From contig OY729427.2 in NCBI GenBank assembly GCA_963422375.2, positions 128,001-192,000 of the forward strand: a stretch of 64,000 bases of DNA, read 5' to 3'. The notes beneath the pieces are model-generated. The model had not been told where the DNA came from and ran no database searches. It saw only the letters and a program-made list of their open reading frames with translations. This DNA comes from Bryobacterales bacterium (GTDB lineage Bacteria; Acidobacteriota; Terriglobia; Bryobacterales; UBA6623). Every line of letters begins with the position of its first letter. The first letter of the stretch is position 1. This document shows positions 1 to 10,311 of the stretch, piece after piece. A program made the position numbers and the translations under genes.

Positions 1-918
1 GCGATACCGGAGCGAGAGCCTCCCGTTTCGAGGCAGCGTGTAGCCGCCGTCGACCACCCGATTCCCGGTGAAGTCGGACAAGCCGAACGGATTCGCGGAG
101 CACAGGCTGTAGCCGCGGGCGTGCCAGCGCGTGGGGTGGCGCAGGTTCGACGGGTGATCCAGGATCGCAACGCCAGCCCGCCGGCCATCGACTACGGCCG
201 CGTAGTCCACCCATCGCGCCTCGCGGCCCCAGATGCTCTCGGTGCCGCGCCCGCCTGCCGAATTCGTCAGCGCGGCTCCTCGGTCCTGGCGGAACTCGTC
301 TGCCAGCCGCATCGCGAAGCCACCGTCCTCGGTGTCCCCGAAACGCAGGTCGGCCCCTTGGTCGGCGCGAAACTCGATCAGCGCGTCGATCCAAGTCAAG
401 CCGCCCGCGCTCGCGAATGCGAAGCACTGCGCCGCGGTACCGACCAAGTCGCCCTCGGAAGACCGAAACCCGAGCTCCGCCGAGATCTGGCCGGGCTCGA
501 CTTCTGGCTCGGCCAAGAGGACGATCGTGCCGGTCCGGTCGCGGCCGAGCTCCCGCCAGAAGTCGTGGCCGCTGACGTCGCCGTGCCCGTACCAGATGCC
601 GCGGTGCCACGCGTGATCCGCCTCCTCCCCCTCCCGCGGCTCCAGCGGGTAGCCTCGCGAAACCGTCAGTCCGGCAGGCGTTCGCAGGGGATGCAGGAAC
701 GGCTTGTCCCATTGCTCCCCGTAATGGAATGTCGTGACGTGCCGGCCGCCGAGGAACACGCGGACCCGGCCTTCGCCCCGCTCGAACGAGACGGCCCGCG
801 ACTCGCTCTCCCCATGCGGGGTCACGTCATCGGGCGGCCCGGCATCGCCGCCGCAGGCGGCACCCGCGACGGCCAGAACGGCCGCCAAGAGTCCGGTTCG
901 TTCGCGAGCAGCTCGCAT
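1..918 (-). CDS. PmoA-like/DUF6807 family lipoprotein, runs off the window edge
   Basis: Not in the ORF track. Manual translation from ATG at 918 gives a signal peptide ending AGAAC, then KPFLHPLRTPAGLTVSRGYP, DHAWHRGIWYGHGDVSGHDFW and RGYSLCSANPFG, which resemble this family. Confidence 0.75.
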   Translation of the reverse strand, partial: MRAARERTGLLAAVLAVAGAACGGDAGPPDDVTPHGESESRAVSFERGEGRVRVFLGGRHVTTFHYGEQWDKPFLHPLRTPAGLTVSRGYPLEPREGEEADHAWHRGIWYGHGDVSGHDFWRELGRDRTGTIVLLAEPEVEPGQISAELGFRSSEGDLVGTAAQCFAFASAGGLTWIDALIEFRADQGADLRFGDTEDGGFAMRLADEFRQDRGAALTNSAGGRGTESIWGREARWVDYAAVVDGRRAGVAILDHPSNLRHPTRWHARGYSLCSANPFGLSDFTGNRVVDGGYTLPRNGRLSLRYR

Positions 919-1028
919 CGCCGCAGCCGATCGCCATGATCCCACGAAACGCCTCGAGGGCGCCCGGCGAGCGCGAGTTCGCCCGCGGGGCCTTGCGGCG
1001 CGGGTTGCGAGGGGCGGACAATCAGGGC

Positions 1029-1982
1029 ATGTCGCAGCTGCGCTCGTTCCGCGGAATCCTCCCGGCCATGCAGGTGCCGTTCAGAGATGACATGAGCGTC
1101 GACGATGTCGAGCTCGCTCGCTTCGCGCGCTGGCTCGCCGGCCACGAGGGCATCGGCGGCCTCGTGACCAACGGCCACACCGGCGAGGTCTACGCGCTCA
1201 GCCCCGAAGAAAGGGCGCACGTCACGCGGGTCGTGGCCGAGGCCGTCGAAGGCCGCGTTCCGGTCATTTCCGGCATCTGCTGCGAATCGCTCGGGGAGGC
1301 CGCGGAGCACTCCGAGATGGCGAAGGATGCCGGCGCCACCGGACTCCTAGTGATGCCGCCGCACTACTGGCTGCGGTTCGGCATGCGGCCGGAGCACGTG
1401 CTCGATCACTTCAAGGCCGTTTCCGACGCAGTCGACCTGAGCCTGATCGTGCACGTGTACCCCGCGTGGACCAAGGCTCGCTACCCTTCGCAGCTGCTTG
1501 CCGAACTGGCGCGGTCCCCCAACGTGACAACTTTCAAGGTCGGCACGCGGGAGATGTCGAAGTACGAGCGCGACATCCGCGCAATCCGCGCGGCCAACCC
1601 GCAGTGCGCCGTACTCACCTGCCACGACGAGTACGTGCTGGCCTCGATGGTGCAGGGAGTCGACGGCGCCCTCGTGGGCTTCGCGTCGTTCATTCCCGAA
1701 CTGCTGGTCGAGCTCTACGATGCGGTCCGTGCGGGCGACCTGCATCGCGCGGGACGCGTTCACGAACCGATCACGGTCCTCAAGGAAGCAGTCTATGCCG
1801 ACGAAGAGCCCTCGGGCGACGCCCACGCCCGCATGAAGGCCGCCATGGTCGTGGCGGGCCGACTGAAGTCTTGCGTGACGCGGCCCCCCACCCGACCGCC
1901 ATCCCCGGAACGGATGGAAGCGATTCGTGTCGCCGTGCAGGCCGCCGGACTGCTGCGGCAGCGCGAGCCTGTCGCAGCGTAG
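1029..1982 (+). CDS. Dihydrodipicolinate synthase (DapA)-like class I aldolase/dehydratase
   Basis: GILPAMQVPF, NGHTGEVYALSPEER, LLVMPPHY and probable Schiff-base Lys in FKVGT. Confidence 0.9.
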   Translation: MSQLRSFRGILPAMQVPFRDDMSVDDVELARFARWLAGHEGIGGLVTNGHTGEVYALSPEERAHVTRVVAEAVEGRVPVISGICCESLGEAAEHSEMAKDAGATGLLVMPPHYWLRFGMRPEHVLDHFKAVSDAVDLSLIVHVYPAWTKARYPSQLLAELARSPNVTTFKVGTREMSKYERDIRAIRAANPQCAVLTCHDEYVLASMVQGVDGALVGFASFIPELLVELYDAVRAGDLHRAGRVHEPITVLKEAVYADEEPSGDAHARMKAAMVVAGRLKSCVTRPPTRPPSPERMEAIRVAVQAAGLLRQREPVAA

Positions 1983-2007
1983 CGTACCCTAGTTGGCGCG
2001 TGACGCG

Positions 2008-3006
2008 ATGAGGATGAGGCGCAGGCAGTTCCTTGCGCTCGCAGGCACGCACGTCGGCCTGCTCGGAGGCTGCAGCGCGCCGGAAGGCGAGCGCATCAGC
2101 ATCGGTGCCATGCCGCCGGGGACGTCGTGGTACGTATTCGCCGCAACGCTGGCGCAACTGCTCCGCGACGCCGTCCCGGCCGGGACCAGCATCGAGGTAG
2201 TCGCGCGAGGCGGGGGGATCGGCAATCCGATCCTCGTGGACCGGGGCGAGGAGACCATCGCGATCGCCCAAGCGGCGACCGCGGCATGGGCCTACGCCGG
2301 CAATGCGATCGCCTACGACCACAGGCACGGTAACTTGCGGGCGCTGGCCGGAGGCCTGAACAGGGTCTGGATGGCCGCCCTGATGACCGAGGACTACATC
2401 GAGCGCACGGGCCACGAAACCCTCAAGGAAGCCCTCCAGTCCGGTACGCCGCCGCGAATCGTCATGAAGCCGCGCGGCAGCACAGTGCCCGTGGTGGCGG
2501 ACCTCCTGTTCGAAACCCTCGGCACCAGCCGCGAGAGAATCCAGGCCGACGGCGGGGACATCATCCAAGTGAGCGCCAACCAAGTGTCCGCGATTTTCCG
2601 GAACGGCCAGGCCGACCTCTATCTCGAGACGGCGATCCGCTCGCATCCGACCGTCACCGAAGTCTCGACCACGACCTCCGTCCGCTTCCTGGACTACCCG
2701 GAGGAGACGATCACGAAACTGGTGGGACCCGGCATCGAGCGCACTCCGATGCCCGCCTGGTTCCGCGGCCAGAGCGGCCCGCTCGACTCGGTGGACATGG
2801 GCACCGTGCTGATCATCCACAAGGACGCGCCGCGCGATCTCGCGCACCTGATCACGAAAGCAGTGTGCGAGGGACGCGAAGCGATGGCGGAAGCGCACAG
2901 CGCCTGGGAGGACTTCAGGCCCCAGCAGGCGGCGCGCCTCGAAAAGACCGGAGTCCCGCTGCATCCGGGGGCGGAAGACTACTACCTCCGGCAAGGATGG
3001 ATCTAA
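2008..3006 (+). CDS. TAXI-family TRAP transporter solute-binding lipoprotein
   Basis: RRRQFL...GGC signal, IGAMPPGTSWY, GGGIGN and C-terminal GVPLHPGAEDYY. Confidence 0.9.
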   Translation: MRMRRRQFLALAGTHVGLLGGCSAPEGERISIGAMPPGTSWYVFAATLAQLLRDAVPAGTSIEVVARGGGIGNPILVDRGEETIAIAQAATAAWAYAGNAIAYDHRHGNLRALAGGLNRVWMAALMTEDYIERTGHETLKEALQSGTPPRIVMKPRGSTVPVVADLLFETLGTSRERIQADGGDIIQVSANQVSAIFRNGQADLYLETAIRSHPTVTEVSTTTSVRFLDYPEETITKLVGPGIERTPMPAWFRGQSGPLDSVDMGTVLIIHKDAPRDLAHLITKAVCEGREAMAEAHSAWEDFRPQQAARLEKTGVPLHPGAEDYYLRQGWI

Positions 3007-3051
3007 CCCGGAAGGCCGTCCGGCTGGCGATCCTCTTCCCGTCCGACCACG

Positions 3052-4917
3052 ATGGCAGCGCGACTCCTGCCCGCCGTCAGGATCGGACTAGGGTCGTTCT
3101 GGATCGCCTTCCAAGCCTACATCCTCTTCCACCCGCAAGCACCCCTCGTGGAGCGTCCGCTGCATCTCGCGCTCGCCACCACGATTCTGTTCCTGCGCGA
3201 GCCCAGTCCCGGCTCCGAGCGGGGCAAGGCCCGGATGCTGGCGGACGCGGCCCTAGCGTTGGTCTCGGCGGGCTGCGGGGCGTACTACCTGCTCTCGTCG
3301 GATCGCTTGACGGGGCGAATGGAGGGGGTCGATGCCGTCCTGCCGGTCGACGTAGTCTTCGGACTGCTGGCGGTCACCGTCCTGATCGAAGGCGCGCGGC
3401 GCGCGGCCGGATGGCCGCTCCTAGCGGTGGTGACGGCGTTCCTCTTGTACGGATTCGCCGGCGAGTGGATGCCCGGTTGGCTGCGCTTCTCGGGCTTCGG
3501 ACTCGAGGACTCGATCGAAATCCTCACGCTGTCGCTGAACGGCATCCTCGGCATCACGACCGGCACGTCGGTGCAGTTCGTGTTCTATTTCATTCTGTTC
3601 GGGGCGCTCTACAGCGCAGTCGGCGGGGGGCGGCTGATCATTGACTTGGGCATGCGCCTGACCGGATCGCAAACCGGCGGCCCGGCCAAGGCTGCCGTGG
3701 TCTCGAGCAGCCTGATGGGCAGCGTCACGGGAAGCGCCGTGGCCAACGTCGCGGGTACCGGCGTGTTCACGATTCCGCTGATGCGGCGCGCCGGGTATAC
3801 CGCCAACGAGGCAGGCTCGCTGGAAGCGATCGCGTCCACGGGCGGCCAGCTGATGCCGCCCGTGATGGGCGTGGCGGCATTCGTCATGGCCGAAATGCTC
3901 GGAATCGACTACGGGCAGGTGGCGATGGCCGGCGCGATACCCGCCCTCGCGTTCTACGCGGCACTCTTGATTTCCGTGGATCTCCGGGCGCGCAAGACGG
4001 GAGTCGGAGCGGCACCCGGCTACTCGCGGGCTGCGCAGGAGCCCATCGCGCCTCGCCTGCACCTGCTAGCCCCGCCTCTCATGCTTGTCGGTGCTCTAGC
4101 GACGGGCTACTCCGCGACCTACGCGGCCGGGATCGCCAGTCTCGCCTGCGTCGCTCTCGGGCTTGCCGGAAGGGACGACCGCCCGCTACGGCGCAGGTTC
4201 ACAGAATTCGTCGAAGACTCGACTCGCCAAGCTAGCCAAGTGGCTGTTCCCATCGCGGCGATCGGCATCATCGTCGCGGTCGCGATCCAATCCAATCTCG
4301 CACTGAAGTTCAGCTCGGAGCTCATCGGCGGGAGCGGCTCGCCGCTCGGCGCTATGGGCTTGATCGTGCTGGGCTGCATCGTCATGGGGATGGGCCTCCC
4401 CACGGTCGCCGCCTACCTCATCGGCGCCATCCTGTTCGTGCCGGCCCTGAAGGAGCTCGGGATCGCGGAACTGCCCGCGCACTTCTTCGTCATGTACTAC
4501 TGCGTACTGTCCATGGTGACGCCGCCGGTGGCTCTGGCGTCCTTCGCAGCCGCCGGGATCTCGGGAGGCAGCGCGATGCGAACAAGCGTCCAGGCGTTTC
4601 GCGCCGCGCTGGTGTGCTTTCTCATTCCGGTCTCGTTCGCGTTCGAGCCGCGGCTGCTCGGGCAGGGAGAGCTGCTCCCCACGGCTGCAGCGGGCCTGGC
4701 CCTGCTGGCAGGCACAGCCGGGTGGGCGGTGGCGTTGGTCGGATACTTCCTGCATCCACTGCGGGGCGTCGAGCGCGTGGCTGTCGGCACGGCATCCGCC
4801 ATCGTGATCTGCTTTCCGACCGGGACGATGGCTTGGACGTGGGCGATCACCGGGTTGGTGCTTTTCGCAGCATGGACGCTGGTGACGCGCAGGATGCCGA
4901 CGGCCGGAGGATCTTGA
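3052..4917 (+). CDS. TRAP transporter fused (4TM/12TM) permease
   Basis: GGPAKAAVVSSSLMGSVTGSAVANVAGTGVFTIPLM, ASTGGQLMPPVMG, GMGLPTVAAY and TPPVALAS. Confidence 0.93.
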   Translation: MAARLLPAVRIGLGSFWIAFQAYILFHPQAPLVERPLHLALATTILFLREPSPGSERGKARMLADAALALVSAGCGAYYLLSSDRLTGRMEGVDAVLPVDVVFGLLAVTVLIEGARRAAGWPLLAVVTAFLLYGFAGEWMPGWLRFSGFGLEDSIEILTLSLNGILGITTGTSVQFVFYFILFGALYSAVGGGRLIIDLGMRLTGSQTGGPAKAAVVSSSLMGSVTGSAVANVAGTGVFTIPLMRRAGYTANEAGSLEAIASTGGQLMPPVMGVAAFVMAEMLGIDYGQVAMAGAIPALAFYAALLISVDLRARKTGVGAAPGYSRAAQEPIAPRLHLLAPPLMLVGALATGYSATYAAGIASLACVALGLAGRDDRPLRRRFTEFVEDSTRQASQVAVPIAAIGIIVAVAIQSNLALKFSSELIGGSGSPLGAMGLIVLGCIVMGMGLPTVAAYLIGAILFVPALKELGIAELPAHFFVMYYCVLSMVTPPVALASFAAAGISGGSAMRTSVQAFRAALVCFLIPVSFAFEPRLLGQGELLPTAAAGLALLAGTAGWAVALVGYFLHPLRGVERVAVGTASAIVICFPTGTMAWTWAITGLVLFAAWTLVTRRMPTAGGS

Positions 4918-5355
4918 GTCCCGGCGCGGCACGCGAGAGCTCCCGAGCCCTCGACCATGCGATCGAGTACTCCCTCCGACGGGGCAGCATTCAGTACCCT
5001 GCAGCTAGCTCGTCCGGCTTCTGGCTGGAACTCGCGTCTTCCAACCGCACCGGATCTCCTCGCGCAGTCGGCCCGATCCCTCTCGGCGGCCATTGGCCGA
5101 CCTATTCTAGAGTGTCGCGATTGAAGTCGTAGAGTGCAACCGCATTGAAAAGCTCACGGTGACGTACAGTGGGAATGACGCCGAATGGGACGCACGATGC
5201 CCGAGGATCTGGCTTGGATCCAGTTCAGGCCCGTAGCATCACGCGGCAGTTCGATTTGCCTATCTGTCGGGCAAACGAGATATCCCTCAATCCCGACCAT
5301 TGATCACGGCCCGGCCCTCAGCCGACAGACCGGCGCAACTGCCGGTCAGAATACA

Positions 5356-5664
5356 ATGAGGAATCGCAACTTTGGATCAGACGAAATTGCCGCACGATGT
5401 CGCTTGCTTTCCCACAGGATTCTTGAGGATGAACTTCTCGCTTGTAAACCTGATTCCGAGTTGAGTTCAGCGCTCATGGGTCTTGACGATACTTGTACAG
5501 ATGATGTGAGTGTTGAGGAATTGAAAGACTATCTTAGCAAGAAAAAGAACAAGACTACCTATGCGGCAAGGCTGGCTAGGGCTCTGGCCGCCAACAAGAT
5601 CCGCGGAGACCGTATTCTTAAACCATTCAGGGACGCAATCGTATACTTGGGAGAAGCAGCATGA
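5356..5664 (+). pseudogene. C-terminal remnant of a probable OLD-family/TOPRIM nuclease (GajA-like)
   Basis: Lower-GC fragment ILEDELL...LKDYLSKKKNKTTYAARLA...FRDAIVYL whose stop overlaps the UvrD start (ATGA); no ATPase N-terminus upstream. Confidence 0.5.
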
Positions 5665-7053
5665 CTGGTCTTGACCTTAACCAGTCCCTAGCCACTCTTA
5701 CTGATGTTCAACGTCGTGCGGTCGAGTGGGACACCGGGGCCTTGCTTGTACTGGCGGGTCCGCGATCTGGGAAGACTCAGGTACTAGCATGTCGAATCGC
5801 AAGGCTGCTGGATGCGTCACGAGACAGTCACTTTCGAATTCTAGGTTTGACCTTCACCAACAAGGCAGCTGATGAAATGAAGGTTCGTGTCCGAAATCTT
5901 GTCCCTGGACTACAACGACGGGCCAACATAGCTACGTTTCATGGATTCTGCGCTCAGGTTCTCCGTCAACATGGTGCCCACATCGGCATTCGCTCGGACT
6001 TTACAATATATGCCCTGGAGGCTGATCGCAGAGCCGTATTGAAAGATGCATTGCAACGTGCCGAATCACAAGGAGTGCCCGCATCTTCTGATGACATGTG
6101 GTATTTGACACTCATTGATCGTGTCAAATCCAAGCTAGTGTTCCCTGATGATGTCACTTCAGCCATGACTCACTTCCATGACGTCCAAAAGGTCAAGCTG
6201 GTCTATAGACTCTATGAGGAGGAACTTCGTCCACTTAATGCACTTGACTTTAGTTCCCTACTACTCGAAGCATACAGATTGATCCAAACATATCCAGCCT
6301 TCTCAAGGAGATATCTCCGGGTATACCCCTACTGGATGGTTGACGAGTTTCAAGATACAAGTAGACCGCAATATCACTTCTTGAAAGCAATGTCAGGCGA
6401 TCAGTTCAATGACATCTTCGTTGTTGCGGACGATGACCAGATTATTCTTCGGTGGAACGGGGCAAGCTATGAAACTATCGTGGATTTCGTTGATCACTTC
6501 AAGGCAGAGGTGATTCAGGTTTCCTCCAATTACAGGTGTCCCCCATCGATCATCGGTGCTGCAAACACGCTTGTCGCACACAACACTCAGCGGACAGTTG
6601 GAAAGCAACGGATCAAGCCTGTTAGAATTGAACATGCAACCCCAGCCTCACGGATCCGTGTAAGAGTTTTCGAGACCGACAAAAAGAAGCGGATGGAGTT
6701 GCGACCGAGATTGCTACGATGGGTGCTGGACACTGGGGCAGAATTGCTGTTTTGGGTAGAATGCGTGCTCTCTTGGATCGATTGCACCATGCTTTGAACG
6801 AGCAGGACGTCCCAAGCCACCTCGCTCAGCGACGCAATGAATTCCTGTCTCCTGAGATCCGCTGGTTTAGCTCGTCACTCCCCCAAGTGAACCGGCCTAT
6901 GGACCTGCGTAATTTGCGTAACCTAGTCGAATCGTTCAACGACTTCGGCCGACTCGCGATCAACCTAGATGATGTTGTGTCAGAGTCCAGTCTAACCGGA
7001 AAGAGTTTTTTAAGTCGTGGCTCAGCATTGTAAGTAATAGGGTTGCAGGGAAG

Positions 7054-7083
7054 CCCATCAGTACGATTCCCATCAGTACGATT
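7054..7083 (+). repeat. 15-bp tandem duplication (CCCATCAGTACGATT x2) in the helicase pseudogene
   Basis: Read directly; encodes PISTI-PISTI. Confidence 0.9.
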
Positions 7084-7364
7084 CTTGATCACATGGATCG
7101 CCTTGCGATGGATCAGTCCAATTCGCTGCAATTGGCGAAAGATGTCATCGAGCTATTCTCCTCACATACTAGAGAACGAGGAGATGACCCGGACTTTAAT
7201 GAAGACATTCGTCTGTGGCGTCAACTCTTTGGCGATCTACGCTCTCATTATGGTGTCGCGGTGCGCCTGAGTGAGATTGTCCACGAGGTCCAACTCCGCT
7301 CAAAGGCACCTGATCCTCCCAAGGACGTGGTAACGCTGATGACGATTCATGCGGCAAAGGGAAA

Positions 7365-8397
7365 CCTGATTACCAACGAACGTCAGCCGAGGATATGCTA
7401 TACTGGAGGAGGTCGGAAATCTCTGACAGGAAAGGGGCTAGCAGATGAAACGCAATCGCGTGCAATTCCAGAAGGGACTCAGCGCGGGCAAGTTCCTGCA
7501 GCGCTACGGCAGCGAGGGGCCATGCGAGCAGGCCGTCTGCAACGCCCGCTGGCCGGACGGCTTCCGCTGCCCGGAGTGCGGCTCCCGACGGCACTGCCGC
7601 ATCCGCTCCCGCAAGCTCCGGCAGTGCCATGCCTGCCACCGCCGGACCTCCCTCGTCGCCGGCACGATCTTCGCCGCCAGCAAGCTGCCGCTGACCGTCC
7701 GGTTGCTGGCGCTCCACCTGCTGACGCAGGGCCAGCACGGCGTTTCGTCGCTGGAACTGGCGCGGCAGCTGGGGGTCAGCCGGAACACGGCTTGGAAGAT
7801 GAAGCACAAGCTCTTGCAAGTGATGAAGGAGCGCGACGAGCGCCTGCCGCCGGGCGGCATCGTGCAGGTGGACGACGCCTACCGGGGCGGGGAGCGGACC
7901 GGCGGCAAGCGCGGTCGCGGCGCGGCGGGCAAGACGCCGTTCGTGGCCGCCGTGCAGGTCAGCGCCGCCGGCCAGCCGGCAAGGATGCGCCTGAGCAGCG
8001 TGGCGGGCTTCCGCAAGAAGACGCTGGCAGCGTGGGCCGGGCGGCACTTGCAGCCCGGCACGGAGGTGCATTCCGACGGCTTGGCCTGCTTCCGGGGCGT
8101 GGCCGGCGCCGGCTGCGAGCACGTGCCGACCGTCACCGGAGGCGGGAAGCGGAGCTGCGCGGATTCCCGCTTCGTCCGGGTCAACACGATGCTGGGGAAC
8201 GTCAAGCAGTCCCTGGCGGGAACCTGCCATTCGTTCGACGGCAAGCACCTGCCGCGCTACCTCGCCGAGTTCCGCTACCGCTTCAACCGCCGCTACGATC
8301 TCGAGGCGCTGGTCCCCCGCCTGCTCCACGCCTCCGTGCGCACCCCGCCCATGCCTTACCGCCTCCTAACCTTGGCTGAGTCTTGTGGGTAATCAGG
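7365..8397 (+). mobile_element. IS1595-family element IS-A, copy A1 (ISSod11-like)
   Basis: Imperfect ~28-bp TIRs CCTGATTACC...GGTAATCAGG around a single transposase ORF. Confidence 0.92.
7445..8392 (+). CDS. IS1595-family DDE transposase (A1)
   Basis: Zinc ribbon CPECG...CHAC, VQVDDAY, GGKRGRG, HSDG and YLAEFRYRFNRR. Confidence 0.92.
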   Translation: MKRNRVQFQKGLSAGKFLQRYGSEGPCEQAVCNARWPDGFRCPECGSRRHCRIRSRKLRQCHACHRRTSLVAGTIFAASKLPLTVRLLALHLLTQGQHGVSSLELARQLGVSRNTAWKMKHKLLQVMKERDERLPPGGIVQVDDAYRGGERTGGKRGRGAAGKTPFVAAVQVSAAGQPARMRLSSVAGFRKKTLAAWAGRHLQPGTEVHSDGLACFRGVAGAGCEHVPTVTGGGKRSCADSRFVRVNTMLGNVKQSLAGTCHSFDGKHLPRYLAEFRYRFNRRYDLEALVPRLLHASVRTPPMPYRLLTLAESCG

Positions 8398-8630
8398 AAA
8401 GCCTTTTCCCAAGATACGGGCCATACTCAGTCGACTTCCTATTCAGGCTGCCATCATAGCAGCCCAGAGATAGAGTCTTGAATTCTAAAACTTAGGCCTG
8501 CATATTGTGATATACCGTAACTATCTACACAGTATATTGCGTACTTAAATTTGGAAGGCCTCCTTCTTAGCAGACTGCTTGGGAACTCAGTTGCCAGTAC
8601 ATTCTGGCCTGGCCGATCCGAAAAGACTTT
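8398..8630 (-). repeat. Captured MITE core (233 bp), reverse-complement copy of 57537-57569 + 59098-59297
   Basis: Near-identical by eye with a few substitutions; begins AAAGCCTTTTC and ends GAAAAGACTTT, the inner halves of the MITE TIRs. Confidence 0.92.
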
Positions 8631-9675
8631 CCTGATTACCAACGAACGTCAGCCGAGGATATGCTATACTGAAGGAGGTCGGAAACCTCTGACAGGAAAG
8701 GGGATAGCTGATGAAACGCAATCGCGTGCAATTCCAGAAGGGACTCAGCCTGGGCAAGTTCCTGCAGCGCTACGGCAGCGAGGGGCAATGCGAGCAGGCC
8801 GTCTTCAACGCCCGCTGGACGGACGGCTTCCGCTGCCCGGAGTGCGGCTCCCGCCGGCACTGCCGCATCCGCTCCCGCAAGCTCCGGCAGTGCCATGCCT
8901 GCCACCGCCAGAGCTCCCTCGTCGCCGGCACGATCTTCGCCGCCACCCAGCTGCCGCTGACCGTCTGGTTGCTGGCGATCCACCTGCTGACGCAGGGTAA
9001 GCACGGCGTTTCGTCGCTGGAACTGGCGCGGCAGCCGGGCGTGAGCCGGAACACGGCTTGGAAGGTGAAGCACAAGCTCCTGCAAGTGATGAAGGCGCGC
9101 GACGAGCGCGTGCCGCTGCACGGCATCGTGCAGGTGGACGATGCCTACTGGGGCGGGGAGCGGACCGGCGGCCAGCGCGGTCGCGGCGCGGCGGGCAGGA
9201 CGCCGTTCGTCGCCGCCGTGCAGGTCACCGCCGCCGGCCAGCCGGCAAGGATGCGCATGAGCAGCGTGGCGAGCTTGCGCAAGAAGACGCTGGCAGCGTG
9301 GGCCGGGCGGCACTTGCAGCCCGGCACGGAGGTGCATTCCGACGGCCCGGCCTGCTTGCGGGGCGTGGCCGGCGCCGGCTGCGAGCACGTGCCGACCGTC
9401 ACCGGAGGCGGGCAGCGGAGCTGCGGGGATTCCCGCTTCGTCCGGGTCAACGTCCGGGTCAGAACGATGCTGGCGCACGTCAAGCAATCCCTAGCGGGAA
9501 CCTGCCATGCGCTCGACGGCAAGCACCTGCCGCGGTACCTCGCCGAGTTCTGCTACCGCTTCAACCGCCGCTACCACCTGGAGGCGCTGGTCCCCCGCCT
9601 GCTCCACGCCTCCGTGCGCACCCCGCCCAGGCCTTACCGTCTCCTAACCTTGGCTGAGTCTTGTGGGTAATCAGG
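8631..9675 (+). mobile_element. IS1595-family element IS-A, copy A2
   Basis: Same TIRs as A1; carries a 12-bp in-frame duplication (RVNVRV). Confidence 0.92.
8711..9670 (+). CDS. IS1595-family DDE transposase (A2)
   Basis: Close paralogue of the A1 transposase; open frame of 319 aa. Confidence 0.9.
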   Translation: MKRNRVQFQKGLSLGKFLQRYGSEGQCEQAVFNARWTDGFRCPECGSRRHCRIRSRKLRQCHACHRQSSLVAGTIFAATQLPLTVWLLAIHLLTQGKHGVSSLELARQPGVSRNTAWKVKHKLLQVMKARDERVPLHGIVQVDDAYWGGERTGGQRGRGAAGRTPFVAAVQVTAAGQPARMRMSSVASLRKKTLAAWAGRHLQPGTEVHSDGPACLRGVAGAGCEHVPTVTGGGQRSCGDSRFVRVNVRVRTMLAHVKQSLAGTCHALDGKHLPRYLAEFCYRFNRRYHLEALVPRLLHASVRTPPRPYRLLTLAESCG

Positions 9676-10311
9676 AAGGGAAAAGAGTTTTCTGAGGTGT
9701 TCCTAGTTGGGTTGGCCGAGGATATATTGCCGTCGTACCAGAGCAAGAGAAGAGGTGATCGGAGTCCTGAGATGGAGGAAGAGCGTCGCATCTGCTACGT
9801 AGCGATTACTCGTACGATGGAGCAACTACACATCATCCGAGCGAAATCCTACAATGGAAGGCCTGGGAAGTCGTCGCGATTTCTGCGAGATATGGGCTTG
9901 GAACGCACGTTTGACAATTAGGGTACCTATAGTTTATCCGAAAAACCACGCACGTCGGATTGCACGCTCTCAGGCCACTATGACGTACGGCCTTGTCCAT
10001 GGATGACTATCATCACTAAACGTCACTTCGATTGCACAGTCGCGTCGGATCGATACTCCAACTTGGGCGACCATGGTCCCGTGGCCAGCGGACGCGGAGT
10101 GGGAGCGAGAAGGCGTCGCTAGACGCACGGCACTCCGAGGGTCCCACGGCCCATGTGTAGCGAGGAATCGAGTGGCTTGGGATCGCTGCTCAAACTGAAT
10201 CACAGACAGGCTGTCGATGGATCAGCTTCGTACGCTCTGCCGCAACAGGCTGGGTGAGTGGGACGCGCTGAACACGGCTAAGGTAGTGACGAGGGCATCT
10301 CCGGGGAGGCT

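Larger units (their letters stand above)
7365..9675 (+). mobile_element. Composite transposon: two directly oriented IS-A copies flanking 233 bp of non-coding cargo
   Basis: 8-bp TSD AAGGGAAA at 7357-7364 and 9676-9683; removing it restores GCG GCA AAG GGA AAA GAG TTT (AAKGKEF). Confidence 0.93.
5661..9921 (+). pseudogene. UvrD/Rep-family helicase, frameshifted and split by a composite transposon
   Basis: VLAGPRSGKT (altered Walker A), LTFTNKAA, VDEFQD, NYR, then TLMTIHAAKG|KEF...EEERRICYVAITR across the insertion. Frameshifts at an A5 run (~6681-6685) and a T6 run (7006-7011). Confidence 0.93.

Noticed and set aside
121..939. Plus-strand 272-aa ORF and the many other long overlapping ORFs in GC-rich DNA
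   Set aside because: They are shadow frames of real genes on another frame or strand, with Arg/Pro/Ala-rich composition and no motifs.
6678..7014. Programmed -1 frameshifting at C_AAA_AAG and T_TTT_TTA in the UvrD gene
   Set aside because: Any 1-nt homopolymer loss creates such motifs, and the gene is independently disrupted by a transposon. Decay or sequencing error is simpler.
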